Virus record (IMG/VR): IMGVR_UViG_3300013004_000030
Span: 57,834-121,833 of that record
DNA length: 64,000 nt
Source: a virus
Lineage: Duplodnaviria > Caudoviricetes
Reading direction: 5' to 3' (one strand)
This document shows, one piece after another, positions 1 through 9,267 of this stretch. Under the pieces are notes generated by a model that saw nothing but the letters and a program-made list of their open reading frames with translations, had not been told where the DNA came from and ran no database searches. Position 1 is the stretch's first letter. Each line of letters begins with the position of its first letter. A program made the translations under genes and the position numbers.

Positions 1-1472
1 ATAACATCCCACGAAGAAACCAAAGCTCTCCATTCCTCGTATTTGACCCCGGCCGCAGCAAGTTTCTCTCGCAGCATATCTCCAAATATGTGCTCTCTAA
101 CATGGTACGGAGAAACCGGCTGCCCACTTGTCGTAATGGCGGGCAAGTCTGATCCCACTATGGATTCAAAAGCGTCAATGAGCCCTTGTTTCTGATCAAT
201 TATTGCCTGATGCTCCTTGCCCATGTGCATTTTGACAACCTTGCACCTGGTCAGCTCCACCGTGATCTTTCCACCCGCATAGCTGTCCGGACCTACAGCC
301 TTCACCGTTCCTTTGATATGCACTTTGGATCCGACCGGTATGTCTTCGTTGGACGCCTTCCATTTGTAAAGTCTACCATGCTCGTCTTGCATTATGTGCA
401 AGACCGTGAGGCCGTAGTCGTTGCTCCACCTGGGGGTCTTAATCACGGTCAAGACCCCTTCAAATTTATCCTTAGGCTTAAGCGTCACTTCGGGAGCGGA
501 TTCTGCTTCCTTTTCAACCTTCTCTTTTTCTACCTTCTTGTCCATGGCTCTCTGGTAGGCGGCCGGAATGCTGGCGACAAGACCCGCCGTCTTGCTGTCA
601 ACCACGATCCTCTCGGCCGCCGCGCTTATGTTCCACAAGTAGTCGCTCACATCCTCTTGGTTCTTCTGCGACTTCGCCCAGTCCAAAATCTCCCTAGCCT
701 TGTCCTCGTCGTCGGGCTTCTTGACGGCCCGCACCTCGTCCCTCAGCTTTTGATCATCCTTGCTCATTCCAAAGAAAATAGAATCCAGAATATAAGAAGT
801 GGCCGGCTTGCCCAGATCTTCAGACTTGGATCTGGGTACGAATCCAAACTTGCGGATAACAGCCAAGGCCGCCGTCAAGTACGACACTATCTCTATGGTT
901 CTGGATCCCGAACCACCACCGTAGTAATCGCTGTCTTCGTCTCCTAGCGACTGCACGACACTATTCCAGTCGCCGAAGAAGCCTATTTGTTCCGCCGGAT
1001 CTGCGCTGCCCAAAAAGTCCGCAAGGCAATTTCTGCCTATCTGTTTGTATTCGCCTTGCTCGCTCCTCATGACAAATGTGTCGTTTCTGCGTCTGTTCAT
1101 CTTGCAGTGCTCGCAGTTCGGCTCCGCCGTTCTGTACTTCGCGGGAGGGGGACTCATTCCCGGGGCGGTGTTTATTATGTTCCCGCCCTCCGAATGCATT
1201 ATTCTGGCCACAAATGTCCACCCCTTGACCTTAGGGGCTTCCCCATCCACCCTCAGCCTCAAGTATTCTCTGTCCCACTTCCTGCCGTCCTGATTTTTTA
1301 TCTCCTTGGTGAACCTGCCCAATTCTATTAGTTTCACGGGGGGCAAGCCAAGTTTTGCCGCACGCCTATTGACCTTTTCAAGTTGCTTGTTGATGACCGG
1401 CATTCTGTCTTGGGGGACATTATAGACATTCTCCGCTTCCTCCGCTTCCATCCATAATTTAAAACTGATCAT
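1..1472 (-). CDS. Conserved phage protein with CxxC Zn-binding motif; runs off the window start (3' truncated)
   Basis: ATG at 1472 with GGAGG RBS upstream. Starts MISFKLWME, contains CEHC..RRRNDT..QIGRNCLADF. Same frame is still open at position 3, consistent with its absence from the ORF track (no stop). Confidence 0.8.
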   Translation of the reverse strand, partial: MISFKLWMEAEEAENVYNVPQDRMPVINKQLEKVNRRAAKLGLPPVKLIELGRFTKEIKNQDGRKWDREYLRLRVDGEAPKVKGWTFVARIMHSEGGNIINTAPGMSPPPAKYRTAEPNCEHCKMNRRRNDTFVMRSEQGEYKQIGRNCLADFLGSADPAEQIGFFGDWNSVVQSLGDEDSDYYGGGSGSRTIEIVSYLTAALAVIRKFGFVPRSKSEDLGKPATSYILDSIFFGMSKDDQKLRDEVRAVKKPDDEDKAREILDWAKSQKNQEDVSDYLWNISAAAERIVVDSKTAGLVASIPAAYQRAMDKKVEKEKVEKEAESAPEVTLKPKDKFEGVLTVIKTPRWSNDYGLTVLHIMQDEHGRLYKWKASNEDIPVGSKVHIKGTVKAVGPDSYAGGKITVELTRCKVVKMHMGKEHQAIIDQKQGLIDAFESIVGSDLPAITTSGQPVSPYHVREHIFGDMLREKLAAAGVKYEEWRALVSSWDV

Positions 1473-1538
1473 CGTAGCCTCCAAAACAAAATGCTCTCCC
1501 ACTAGATATGTAATAGACCGATAAATTAGACTAAATCA

Positions 1539-2411
1539 GTGATAAAAACGCCAAATGATCTAGACAGCATTAACAGCAAGAGCGAATTCCTCGCCTACAA
1601 GGGAACAGGCGAAGAAAATGTGCTTTTCATTGGCTCTTGCCGTCTCAGCCCGATCATGTACTACCTGAGCCTGCTCAGGCCCGATCTCAATATTTTCTGC
1701 ATATATGTTCCATTCTGGAGCACGCAGTGGAACTCCGACCCCCTCTTCCCATTCCCCAAGGAATCCATAAAAAATATACTTCCCAAAACCAAGACAATGG
1801 TTACGGAAAGCGTTAAAAACAATTCAATACTCAACACCTGCAGGGAATGTGATAAAAACTTCTTTGATGAGTTCGGGACTTCCCCGGAGGAAATAAGGCT
1901 TCCTAACTATGTCCTTTTCATGTACCTTCACGATATAATCCGCCTCGAGCTCAAGAAGTTCGACTTCTCCGGTTCGGAAGACGAGATCGGACAAATCAAG
2001 GAGATACACGCCAACTCCAGACTGCGGCTTGAGCGTTCGATTGAAAAGAACGACTTCCAACCCGTAAACGATTTCTTCAACGAAAACTTCCAAAATATCA
2101 AAATGTTCTCTACCATCAACCACCCGACCACGATCATCAGCATGATGACATTCAAAATCATGGCGGAGCGTCTCGGCATATACAAAAGGCTTGTGGATTT
2201 TAATTTCCTAAGGCAGGCATCCACGGAGCACTTTCTTTCCGGAAACTCAACCCCCATCACCAAGTTCGACGCTCAGCACTACGGGTTTAGGTTCAATGCC
2301 ACTATATTTGAGGACGAGGTCGTGAGAAAAGAGAATATGACTTACCGTCCGACAGAAGAAGAAAACTTCATAACGGACGACCAGATAAAGCTTATGATGT
2401 CGTACTGCTAA
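1539..2411 (+). CDS. WcbI-like polysaccharide biosynthesis protein
   Basis: 290 aa; IGSC near the N-terminus and FSTINHPT motif resemble the WcbI family; glycan-gene context. Confidence 0.55.
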   Translation: MIKTPNDLDSINSKSEFLAYKGTGEENVLFIGSCRLSPIMYYLSLLRPDLNIFCIYVPFWSTQWNSDPLFPFPKESIKNILPKTKTMVTESVKNNSILNTCRECDKNFFDEFGTSPEEIRLPNYVLFMYLHDIIRLELKKFDFSGSEDEIGQIKEIHANSRLRLERSIEKNDFQPVNDFFNENFQNIKMFSTINHPTTIISMMTFKIMAERLGIYKRLVDFNFLRQASTEHFLSGNSTPITKFDAQHYGFRFNATIFEDEVVRKENMTYRPTEEENFITDDQIKLMMSYC

Positions 2412-2413
2412 AA

Positions 2414-3034
2414 ATGAATAAATGCTACACCTACTACCAAGAAATAGACGCCATAAACAATTGCCCCAGGAGAAAATCTACCCAGAAAGAACTCCTAGAC
2501 CTGTGCAAGGAGTCCTGGAAGAGGAGCGGCTGGGAACTGATCGTCCTTGATCATTCCGTTGCGGAAAAGCACGAATTCTTTGGCGAGTACAGCCAGATAA
2601 TAAATGAACTGCCCACAGTCAACCCGTCCATGTACGACTACAGTTGCTTCATAAGATGGCTGGCGATGGTCCAAACGGGCGGAGGTTTGATGATAGACTA
2701 CGATGTGATAAACAACGGAGTCTATCATCTAGACCGCGACGAAACACAACTCACCGTCTACCAAGGACATGTTCCATGCGTAGTTTATGGAACCCCTGAA
2801 CAGTACCTCGAGGTTTGCAGAGGCTTTTGCGCCATTAAGGACGAGTTCATCCTACACGACGGCAGGCCTCACACTTCCGACATGATAATGCTCGAAAGCG
2901 GCAAGATTAAATTCAAGAAACTGCGGACGGTCGTCGACTATCCCAACAATGGGGGCATCGTGCATTGCAGCCAAGCCCACTGCCAAAAGAACGGCAAAAC
3001 CAAACTAGAGGCCATGAAGGAGTTGCTGGCCTAG
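2414..3034 (+). CDS. Putative DXD glycosyltransferase-like protein
   Basis: SWKRSGWELIVL...FIRWLAM..GGGLMIDYD pattern typical of GT32-like enzymes. Confidence 0.55.
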   Translation: MNKCYTYYQEIDAINNCPRRKSTQKELLDLCKESWKRSGWELIVLDHSVAEKHEFFGEYSQIINELPTVNPSMYDYSCFIRWLAMVQTGGGLMIDYDVINNGVYHLDRDETQLTVYQGHVPCVVYGTPEQYLEVCRGFCAIKDEFILHDGRPHTSDMIMLESGKIKFKKLRTVVDYPNNGGIVHCSQAHCQKNGKTKLEAMKELLA

Positions 3035-4428
3035 CCCTTCTTGTGAAGCACCGCGTAGTTGTAGATAGATCTTATTTCGCCCTCGTCCAGAGAACTGTCT
3101 TCCAAGGTGCTGAAATTAAAAATGTGCTTGTTGACTACGATGTTTCTGTTGATGAAGTTCCAGATCATCTTATCTGCGGAGTGGTCTAGGCCAAAATCCA
3201 CCATTAACTTCATGCCGAAATCATAGGCCAGATGCGGCATCGTCCTCACATGCTCTTTCAAAAAGCCATCGAAACACCTCATTAGAGCCTGGAAGTTGGA
3301 GTCTCCAGTTGCGTAAAGTGCGACCCCGTTGAGGTGGTTGAAGTTTGCGGTGTTGGCCTTTGTGTATACAACCCCGTCGTAAGTAGAGCCAGACACGAGA
3401 AATCCGTTTGAATCCCTCGTGTAACGGCGAAGAGACCCAAGCCAGCCCTTTCCAAAATGGCAGTCGGTCTCGACCAGCAAGGAGGTGTTGTACCTCCTCA
3501 AAAATTCCATAGACCTTAAGAACATTATGTTAGGTCCGGCCTTGAGCCCGTAGTCCGGAACGGAATTCCTCTGCAAGAACTCATCCTCCAAGCCGGGTCT
3601 AACATAAATGTCCTGCTCGGCCGTCAAGTTCAACGAGATCACAACGACGCTCTTGAACAAATTCTTCAACGCCCCCACATCAGGCTTGAAATTGTCATTG
3701 TTCACGACTATCACGAAGTCGATGTCCCTCGCCGACTCCTTGTTCGTGCTTGCTAGAATTCTGCCCGCGAAGGTTTCGTAGCCGTCCTTCTCGCTCGAAG
3801 TCATGTTCAAACAGACACACTCCAGCCTGTTCTGCCTGATCTCCTTTTTAATCTCCGGACATACCGAGTTAACGATCTTTTTCAAATTGTCGTTGACCTC
3901 CATGCTGAGTATCTTTTCGGGAGGCAAGTTCTCTTTTGACCCGAAGAACCAGTCCGAACCATGCAGCAAGTAGTGGTGATATGCCCTTTGTCTGTCGGAT
4001 ATGTTGTTCTCCCTAGCCCAAGGAGTGTTGTAGTACCTTTCTAGCAAGTTCGGGTTGCTGTCCAGATACAGCACATGATCAAAGTCGTCCTCGGGATCCA
4101 ACAACCATGCCAACTTGTGAATCAAGTTCTTCTTGAACTCATCGGGATTAACCCCTATTGGCCCTTTGTGGTTGTACATCTTGAATCTTTTGGACTGGAT
4201 GAAGCCCAAGTTCGTGTCGTTCAAGACCACGAATACCGTCGTGTTGGCGCCATTCAGTATCCTTTCAGCCAAGTTCCCGTCAAAATCCTTGTCCAAGCAG
4301 TCGTAAACCACCACCTTTTTTTCTCCCCCCGTGAGCTCGTCGCCGAATTCGGGGGAAAGACGGCTGTACGAAAAGTATTCCGCGACAGTGGCCTCCAAAA
4401 CATAACTTGGTTCAAGCAGATAGATCAT
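3031..4428 (-). CDS. Hypothetical protein, possible glycosyltransferase-like domain
   Basis: 465 aa ORF; GPN..F, ETD and HLNGVALY motifs; next to glycan genes. Confidence 0.5.
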   Translation of the reverse strand: MIYLLEPSYVLEATVAEYFSYSRLSPEFGDELTGGEKKVVVYDCLDKDFDGNLAERILNGANTTVFVVLNDTNLGFIQSKRFKMYNHKGPIGVNPDEFKKNLIHKLAWLLDPEDDFDHVLYLDSNPNLLERYYNTPWARENNISDRQRAYHHYLLHGSDWFFGSKENLPPEKILSMEVNDNLKKIVNSVCPEIKKEIRQNRLECVCLNMTSSEKDGYETFAGRILASTNKESARDIDFVIVVNNDNFKPDVGALKNLFKSVVVISLNLTAEQDIYVRPGLEDEFLQRNSVPDYGLKAGPNIMFLRSMEFLRRYNTSLLVETDCHFGKGWLGSLRRYTRDSNGFLVSGSTYDGVVYTKANTANFNHLNGVALYATGDSNFQALMRCFDGFLKEHVRTMPHLAYDFGMKLMVDFGLDHSADKMIWNFINRNIVVNKHIFNFSTLEDSSLDEGEIRSIYNYAVLHKKG

Positions 4429-4507
4429 TCTTCAGTAATATAGGTCGCAATCATCCATAATCTTCCCCAAAACCCCTAGATAAAACCAAAACAACCAAGG
4501 TGGAAAA

Positions 4508-4795
4508 ATGAAGAACCTTTATGCCATATTGCTGTTAGTGTCTCTCGTGTGCAACGCATACTTGCTTTCAAGGGACGCAGAGCCTAGGCCGACAAGAGCA
4601 CACCGTGTAATAGTAAAAGAACACAAGGAAGGAGGGGGTGACATTAGGAAGACGGCCGTTTCCGAGGACACGACCATGTTCGTAGTGGACTTCATATCCA
4701 GAATCAACGAATGCGACACCTTTCTATGGGATGTCACGGAAAACAAGAGGGAGATAAGGTACACCATTTGGTTCGCCAAGGAAGAAAACCAATAG
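4508..4795 (+). CDS. Small protein with N-terminal hydrophobic/signal segment
   Basis: AAGGTGG RBS; hydrophobic N-terminus; TAGATA motif upstream. Confidence 0.6.
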   Translation: MKNLYAILLLVSLVCNAYLLSRDAEPRPTRAHRVIVKEHKEGGGDIRKTAVSEDTTMFVVDFISRINECDTFLWDVTENKREIRYTIWFAKEENQ

Positions 4796-4802
4796 GAGCA
4801 AC

Positions 4803-4850
4803 ATGCCGGCCAAGTCAAAATCACAACAAAGGCTCTTCGGTGCATCGTAA
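4803..4850 (+). pseudogene. 15-codon remnant [15 protein letters not shown] (DUF3008-like N-terminus) overlapping the rfbA start
   Basis: AGGAG RBS at about 4794, then ATG; peptide resembles the MPAKSKAQQ N-terminus of a small protein family; stops inside the first rfbA codons. Confidence 0.45.
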
Positions 4851-5721
4851 AGGTATCGTCCTGGCCGGAGGTTCCGGTACCCGGCTCCATCCCGTGACCC
4901 TCGGCGTCTCCAAGCAGATGCTGCCGGTCTACGACAAGCCGATGGTCTACTATCCGTTGAGCGCCCTAATGCTCGCTGGCATCCGCGACGTGCTCGTCAT
5001 CTCGACGCCCCAAGATACGCCGCGATTCCGCGACTTGCTCGGCGACGGTTCGGGCTGGGGCATGCGGATTGACTACGCCGTGCAGCCGCGGCCGGAGGGG
5101 CTCGCACAAGCGTTCGTCGTCGGCGCCGATTTCGTCCGCGGATGCCCTTCGGCACTTGTTCTAGGCGACAACATCTTCTATGGAAACGGCCTTGCCCAGC
5201 GGCTACGGTCGGCCGCCAAGCATCCGGCCGGAGCCACAGTTTTTGCCTATCCCGTGTCCGATCCGCAGCGGTACGGCGTCGTGGAGTTCGACGCTTCCGG
5301 CCGTGCCAAGTCGCTGGAGGAGAAGCCTCGACGGCCGCGAAGCCGCTATGCGGTGACGGGCCTCTACTTTTACGACGAGCAGGTGGTCGACATCGCCGCC
5401 GGCATCCGCCCCTCGGCCCGCGGCGAACTCGAGATCACCGATATCAACCGGGCCTATCTCGAGCGGGGCGGCCTGCGGGTGGAGATCCTCGGCCGCGGCG
5501 ACGCTTGGCTCGACACCGGCACCCACGACAGCCTGCTCGAGGCCGGGCAGTTCATCCAGTCTCTCGAGAAGCGGCAGGGCCTGAAGATCTGCTGCCCCGA
5601 GGAGATCGCCTGGCGCAACGGCTGGATCGAAGACAGGCAACTCGAGGCCCTGGCGACGGCGCTTGACAATAGCGGCTACGGCAAGTATCTCCTCGGCATC
5701 ATGAAGGAGAGCGTCTACTGA
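4840..5721 (+). CDS. rfbA: Glucose-1-phosphate thymidylyltransferase
   Basis: [50 protein letters not shown] and WLDTGT motifs; likely GTG start at 4840. Confidence 0.97.
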   Translation: MHRKGIVLAGGSGTRLHPVTLGVSKQMLPVYDKPMVYYPLSALMLAGIRDVLVISTPQDTPRFRDLLGDGSGWGMRIDYAVQPRPEGLAQAFVVGADFVRGCPSALVLGDNIFYGNGLAQRLRSAAKHPAGATVFAYPVSDPQRYGVVEFDASGRAKSLEEKPRRPRSRYAVTGLYFYDEQVVDIAAGIRPSARGELEITDINRAYLERGGLRVEILGRGDAWLDTGTHDSLLEAGQFIQSLEKRQGLKICCPEEIAWRNGWIEDRQLEALATALDNSGYGKYLLGIMKESVY

Positions 5722-5733
5722 TGGCCCCTTGAA

Positions 5734-6039
5734 TCATTCCTTTTCCTTCCAAGAAATGGGCTTGGAGTCCTTCTTTCTCCTCTTGCCCACGCTGTTGCAT
5801 GCCGAAAGTGTCGGCCGGCACGCGGGATACTTCCTGTCCGTGCCCCGGCCTGCCTTCTCCCGGCCGCATGGAACTATCTTGCCCTTCCTGCTCGCCTTGC
5901 AGTCCACCCATCCCTTGCCGTTGTTCCTGTCGAACCAGCCTCTAAGACCACGCTCCTTTTCTAAATCAAACGTTCCCTCGTTCAACCAATCCTTGAAACT
6001 CGAACCGGGCATAGGATTTTTTAAATCTGCGTTCTTCAT
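5734..6039 (-). CDS. Conserved small basic phage protein
   Basis: SSFKDWLNE then GLRGWF..KGWVDC..CGR..RKYPACRP; start uncertain (ORF-track frame 5734..6210). Confidence 0.6.
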   Translation of the reverse strand: MKNADLKNPMPGSSFKDWLNEGTFDLEKERGLRGWFDRNNGKGWVDCKASRKGKIVPCGREKAGRGTDRKYPACRPTLSACNSVGKRRKKDSKPISWKEKE

Positions 6040-6240
6040 GTTCACTTCTTTTTCGACTTGTTTCCCCAATTTTTCGCTCCGACCTTGCGGCACCTGACCA
6101 ACGCCCCGGAGGCGTAGGCCGACGGCCATTTCTGGTACCTTCTCTTCACCTTGTGATAGCAAGCATCCCGCGATTCCCTTAATTCCACCCACTCCGAAAA
6201 TCTCATGCACTATCTATGGACCCGCCGAGCAAAATCCCCG

Positions 6241-6310
6241 CCGCCGGCCCGCGCAAAAACTACTTGGCGTGCCCGCCGTACGCGGCCGCCACTTTTATTC
6301 CATATTGACC
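6241..6310 (+). repeat. ~65 bp direct repeat, copy 1 (upstream of the nuclease)
   Basis: cccgcgcaaaaactacttggcgtgcccgccgtacgcggccgccacttttattccata is identical to copy 2; followed by TTGACC. Confidence 0.9.
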
Positions 6311-6340
6311 AGATGCAACCATGCGTGTTAAAAGAAAAGC

Positions 6341-6946
6341 ATGGAAGACAAATGCCTGTCGATGCGCATGGACCACAGGTCCGAAGAGGACTTCAAAGAG
6401 GACGTGTCCCAGTTCACCGAGAAGGAATTCTATTGGGGAATGTCGCTCAGGATCCACCTCATAGAAAACGGGCTAGACTGCAGGATAGAGGAGCACGGGG
6501 TCGACAACACCGGCAAACTCATACGCGGAAGGCTCCCGAACGCAAACGCCGACAAGATGTTCCACTTCACGAGCGGCAAGCCCCCCGTCAAGGTGGAGGT
6601 CAAGACCATACCCGAATGGTGCACCCAGTGCTTCACCTTCAAGACATGCGCCCTCAAGGGATGCTATGCCCAACGCGCCTACATCCTCGTTCCTAGGAGC
6701 GGCGTCCACTACATCCTCGGAAGAACGGCCTTCAGACACCTCATCGAAAATCTCCCGGTCAGGACGGACATCAAGACGTTCGGCTACAAGCCGTGCGTCA
6801 GGGCCAGCTCCGAGATGATAGAGGAAATGGTCGGCGAAGGAATGATAAAGAAACAGAGATGGTCGCCCGCCGCATCCAAGTACATTAAAAAAATGGGCGA
6901 AATACTCTTCGCGGAAAGGAAGACCGGACAGAAGACAAGGGCGTAG
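6341..6946 (+). CDS. Putative PD-(D/E)XK endonuclease
   Basis: NADKMF...VKVEVKT catalytic-like motif; directly upstream of a DNA methyltransferase. Confidence 0.5.
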   Translation: MEDKCLSMRMDHRSEEDFKEDVSQFTEKEFYWGMSLRIHLIENGLDCRIEEHGVDNTGKLIRGRLPNANADKMFHFTSGKPPVKVEVKTIPEWCTQCFTFKTCALKGCYAQRAYILVPRSGVHYILGRTAFRHLIENLPVRTDIKTFGYKPCVRASSEMIEEMVGEGMIKKQRWSPAASKYIKKMGEILFAERKTGQKTRA

Positions 6947-6977
6947 AAAGGACCCATGAGACCCAGATCAAGCAATG

Positions 6978-7057
6978 CCGCCGCCCCGCGCAAAAACTAC
7001 TTGGCGTGCCCGCCGTACGCGGCCGCCACTTTTATTCCATAATATTCCATATTGACC
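6978..7057 (+). repeat. ~65 bp direct repeat, copy 2 (upstream of the methyltransferase)
   Basis: Same core as 6241-6310 plus a short duplication (attccat) before TTGACC. Confidence 0.9.
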
Positions 7058-7079
7058 GGACGGCGGCATTTTAATTAAA

Positions 7080-8069
7080 ATGCCTCCCATGCACAAATTC
7101 ATAGAGGTTTGCGCGGGGTGCGGAGGCCTCAGCAAGGGATTCATGGACGCGGGACTCGAGCCGATACTCATAAACGAGATCGACAAGGCGGCCATAGCAA
7201 CCCTCATGGAAAACCACCCCTCCATAAAGAAAAATATAAACCACGGGAGCATGACCGACCTGAAACTAGACGGACTCAGGCCCGACGTGCTCATGGGAGG
7301 GGTGCCGTGCCAGGCCTTCAGCCAGGCAGGCGAGAGGAGAGGACTCGAAGACCCGAGGGGCAGACTCATCGTCGAATTCAACAGGCTCGTCCTCGAGGCC
7401 GAGCCCAAGATATTCATCCTCGAGAACGTCAAAGGCCTAGCCACACACGACAAGGGAAAGACGCTCGCCTCGCTCGCCGAAATGTTCGAAAACGGCGGCA
7501 TGTACACCGTCCACCACAAGATCCTCAACGCGGCCGACTACGAGGTCCCGCAGAAGAGGGAACGGATCATAATAGTGGGCTTGAGGAGCGACCTCGGAAA
7601 GGACTTCGACTTCCCGGAGCCAATAAAGAAAAGAAAAACCCTCAGGGACGCGCTCAAGGACGTGCCCGATAGCGAGGGAATAAAGTACTCCGAGGAAAAG
7701 AGGAAGGTCATGGAACTCGTCCCGGAAGGGGGATGTTGGGTCGACCTCCCGGAGGAAATAAAGAAAAAATACATGGGCAACGCCATCAGGTCGGGAGGGG
7801 GAATGAGGGGATTCGCGCGAAGGCTCAGGATGGACGACCAGTCCCTCACACTGCTCACGTCGCCCTCGCAGAAGCAGACCGACAGGTGCCACCCCACAGA
7901 AACAAGGCCGCTCACCGTAAGGGAGTACGCGAGGATTCAAACCTTCCCGGACGACTACAGGTTCCAAGGAACCATCATGCAGAAGTACAGGCAGATAGGC
8001 AACGCCGTTCCACCAAGGCTCGCATACCACATAGCCAAGAGCATCATTAAAAAACTAAACGCAAACTAG
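7080..8069 (+). CDS. DNA (cytosine-5)-methyltransferase
   Basis: Motif I (CAGCGG), IV (GVPCQAFS), VI (ENV), VIII (QKRER), X (IGNAVPP); TRD segment TSPSQKQTDRCHP recalls Eco47II/Sau96I-type (GGNCC) enzymes. Confidence 0.93.
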   Translation: MPPMHKFIEVCAGCGGLSKGFMDAGLEPILINEIDKAAIATLMENHPSIKKNINHGSMTDLKLDGLRPDVLMGGVPCQAFSQAGERRGLEDPRGRLIVEFNRLVLEAEPKIFILENVKGLATHDKGKTLASLAEMFENGGMYTVHHKILNAADYEVPQKRERIIIVGLRSDLGKDFDFPEPIKKRKTLRDALKDVPDSEGIKYSEEKRKVMELVPEGGCWVDLPEEIKKKYMGNAIRSGGGMRGFARRLRMDDQSLTLLTSPSQKQTDRCHPTETRPLTVREYARIQTFPDDYRFQGTIMQKYRQIGNAVPPRLAYHIAKSIIKKLNAN

Positions 8070-8184
8070 ATCGAACCAACAACGGAGAACAACCATGAAC
8101 GAACCAACATTCAAGAGAAACGCCAAGTTTGGGGAATACCGGCGGACCCGCAAATAAGGGACGCGCACAAAAAGACTGCGGCAA

Positions 8185-8216
8185 AGGCGTGGCCCCGGGG
8201 TCGCGCCTTTTTTTAT
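8185..8216 (+). terminator. Rho-independent terminator
   Basis: aaggcgtggcccc-ggggtcgcgcctt hairpin followed by a T-run. Confidence 0.65.
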
Positions 8217-8255
8217 TCCATGCCGAAAATATTCTTGGGAAAAATATATAACACC

Positions 8256-8900
8256 ATGAAATTCAAGGAATGGCTAACGGAATCGACCGAGCCGAACACC
8301 AAGACGCATGAATCGCAGGAATCAGTCGAGGTTTCCTACAACGACCCCAATGTCAGGGGATACCTCCATGCTGAGCGGGATCCCGAAAATCCACAAATAT
8401 ACAGGGTAAACAGAGTGACCGTCACCCCAGAAGGAATGGGCTACGGAAAGAAGCTGTACATGCTGGCGCTCGAACTGGTGTCCAAAAGGGGAGGAATACT
8501 CGCCCCCGCCAAGGTGCAGACCTCCGACAAGGCCTTGAACGTGTGGCGATCGCTCTACAAATCGCCGAACATAGAAAAAACGCCCCTGGCAGCCAAGGAC
8601 TGGGGGATTGGAGCCCGGCACGAAAGGATGATGAAGGCCTACCCCAACCTAAGGTTCTCAAATCCAGCCACATACCCGCCAAAGCAGGACGCCGAATGGT
8701 GGGCCATGAACTCAGGATACAAGATAAAAACAGCACCGAACAACACGGCAGTAAGCCCAAAAGCTGCCCCAGCCAACCCGACAAAGCCAACAACCCCCAC
8801 CAGCAACATCCAGAGGAGAATTTTCCCGCCCGGAACGGGAGACCTGGAGCTGGAAGACCTGGAGCTGGAAGACCTGGAGCTGGAAGACCTGGGGGACTAA
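8256..8900 (+). CDS. GNAT-like acetyltransferase with MKFKEWLTE N-terminus and acidic LELED repeat tail
   Basis: VTPEGMGYGKKLY (acetyl-CoA motif A-like) and SDKALNVW; 15-bp tandem repeat at about 8841-8892. Confidence 0.55.
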   Translation: MKFKEWLTESTEPNTKTHESQESVEVSYNDPNVRGYLHAERDPENPQIYRVNRVTVTPEGMGYGKKLYMLALELVSKRGGILAPAKVQTSDKALNVWRSLYKSPNIEKTPLAAKDWGIGARHERMMKAYPNLRFSNPATYPPKQDAEWWAMNSGYKIKTAPNNTAVSPKAAPANPTKPTTPTSNIQRRIFPPGTGDLELEDLELEDLELEDLGD

Positions 8901-9106
8901 GTCCTGCCCATCGCATAGGCTATCTCGCCAGCCGCGTTGCACACCGTGTTCCCGCCAAAGTAGTACAGGGCCGTCATTTTGTACAGCTCGTCCGCGAACT
9001 CGCCGGACCCGTACAACTCAGCCCAGAAGGGGTCGTACTCCATCCTCATGTACTCCAGCACGCCCTCGCGAAACTCCATCACCGCCCTGTGCGCCTGCTC
9101 GTTCAT
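8897..9106 (-). CDS. Hypothetical protein
   Basis: GGAGG RBS, 69 aa. Confidence 0.6.
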   Translation of the reverse strand: MNEQAHRAVMEFREGVLEYMRMEYDPFWAELYGSGEFADELYKMTALYYFGGNTVCNAAGEIAYAMGRT

Positions 9107-9245
9107 ATTAAAATCCTCCGAATGAAGGCGTCATTCTATATAATTAAAACCATAAAATCAAGACGAGAAAGATCATTCTGGAAACAAACTGTTTAAAAAA
9201 TAACTTCGAACCCATCGGATCCCTCCGCTCCAAAGTAAATTCACC

Positions 9246-9253
9246 TATAAATA
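9246..9253 (+). promoter_or_regulatory. T4-type late promoter TATAAATA
   Basis: Exact TATAAATA 14 nt before the LamG gene; related TAAATA/TAGATA boxes precede other + strand genes. Confidence 0.55.
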
Positions 9254-9267
9254 GTATATAATTTGCC

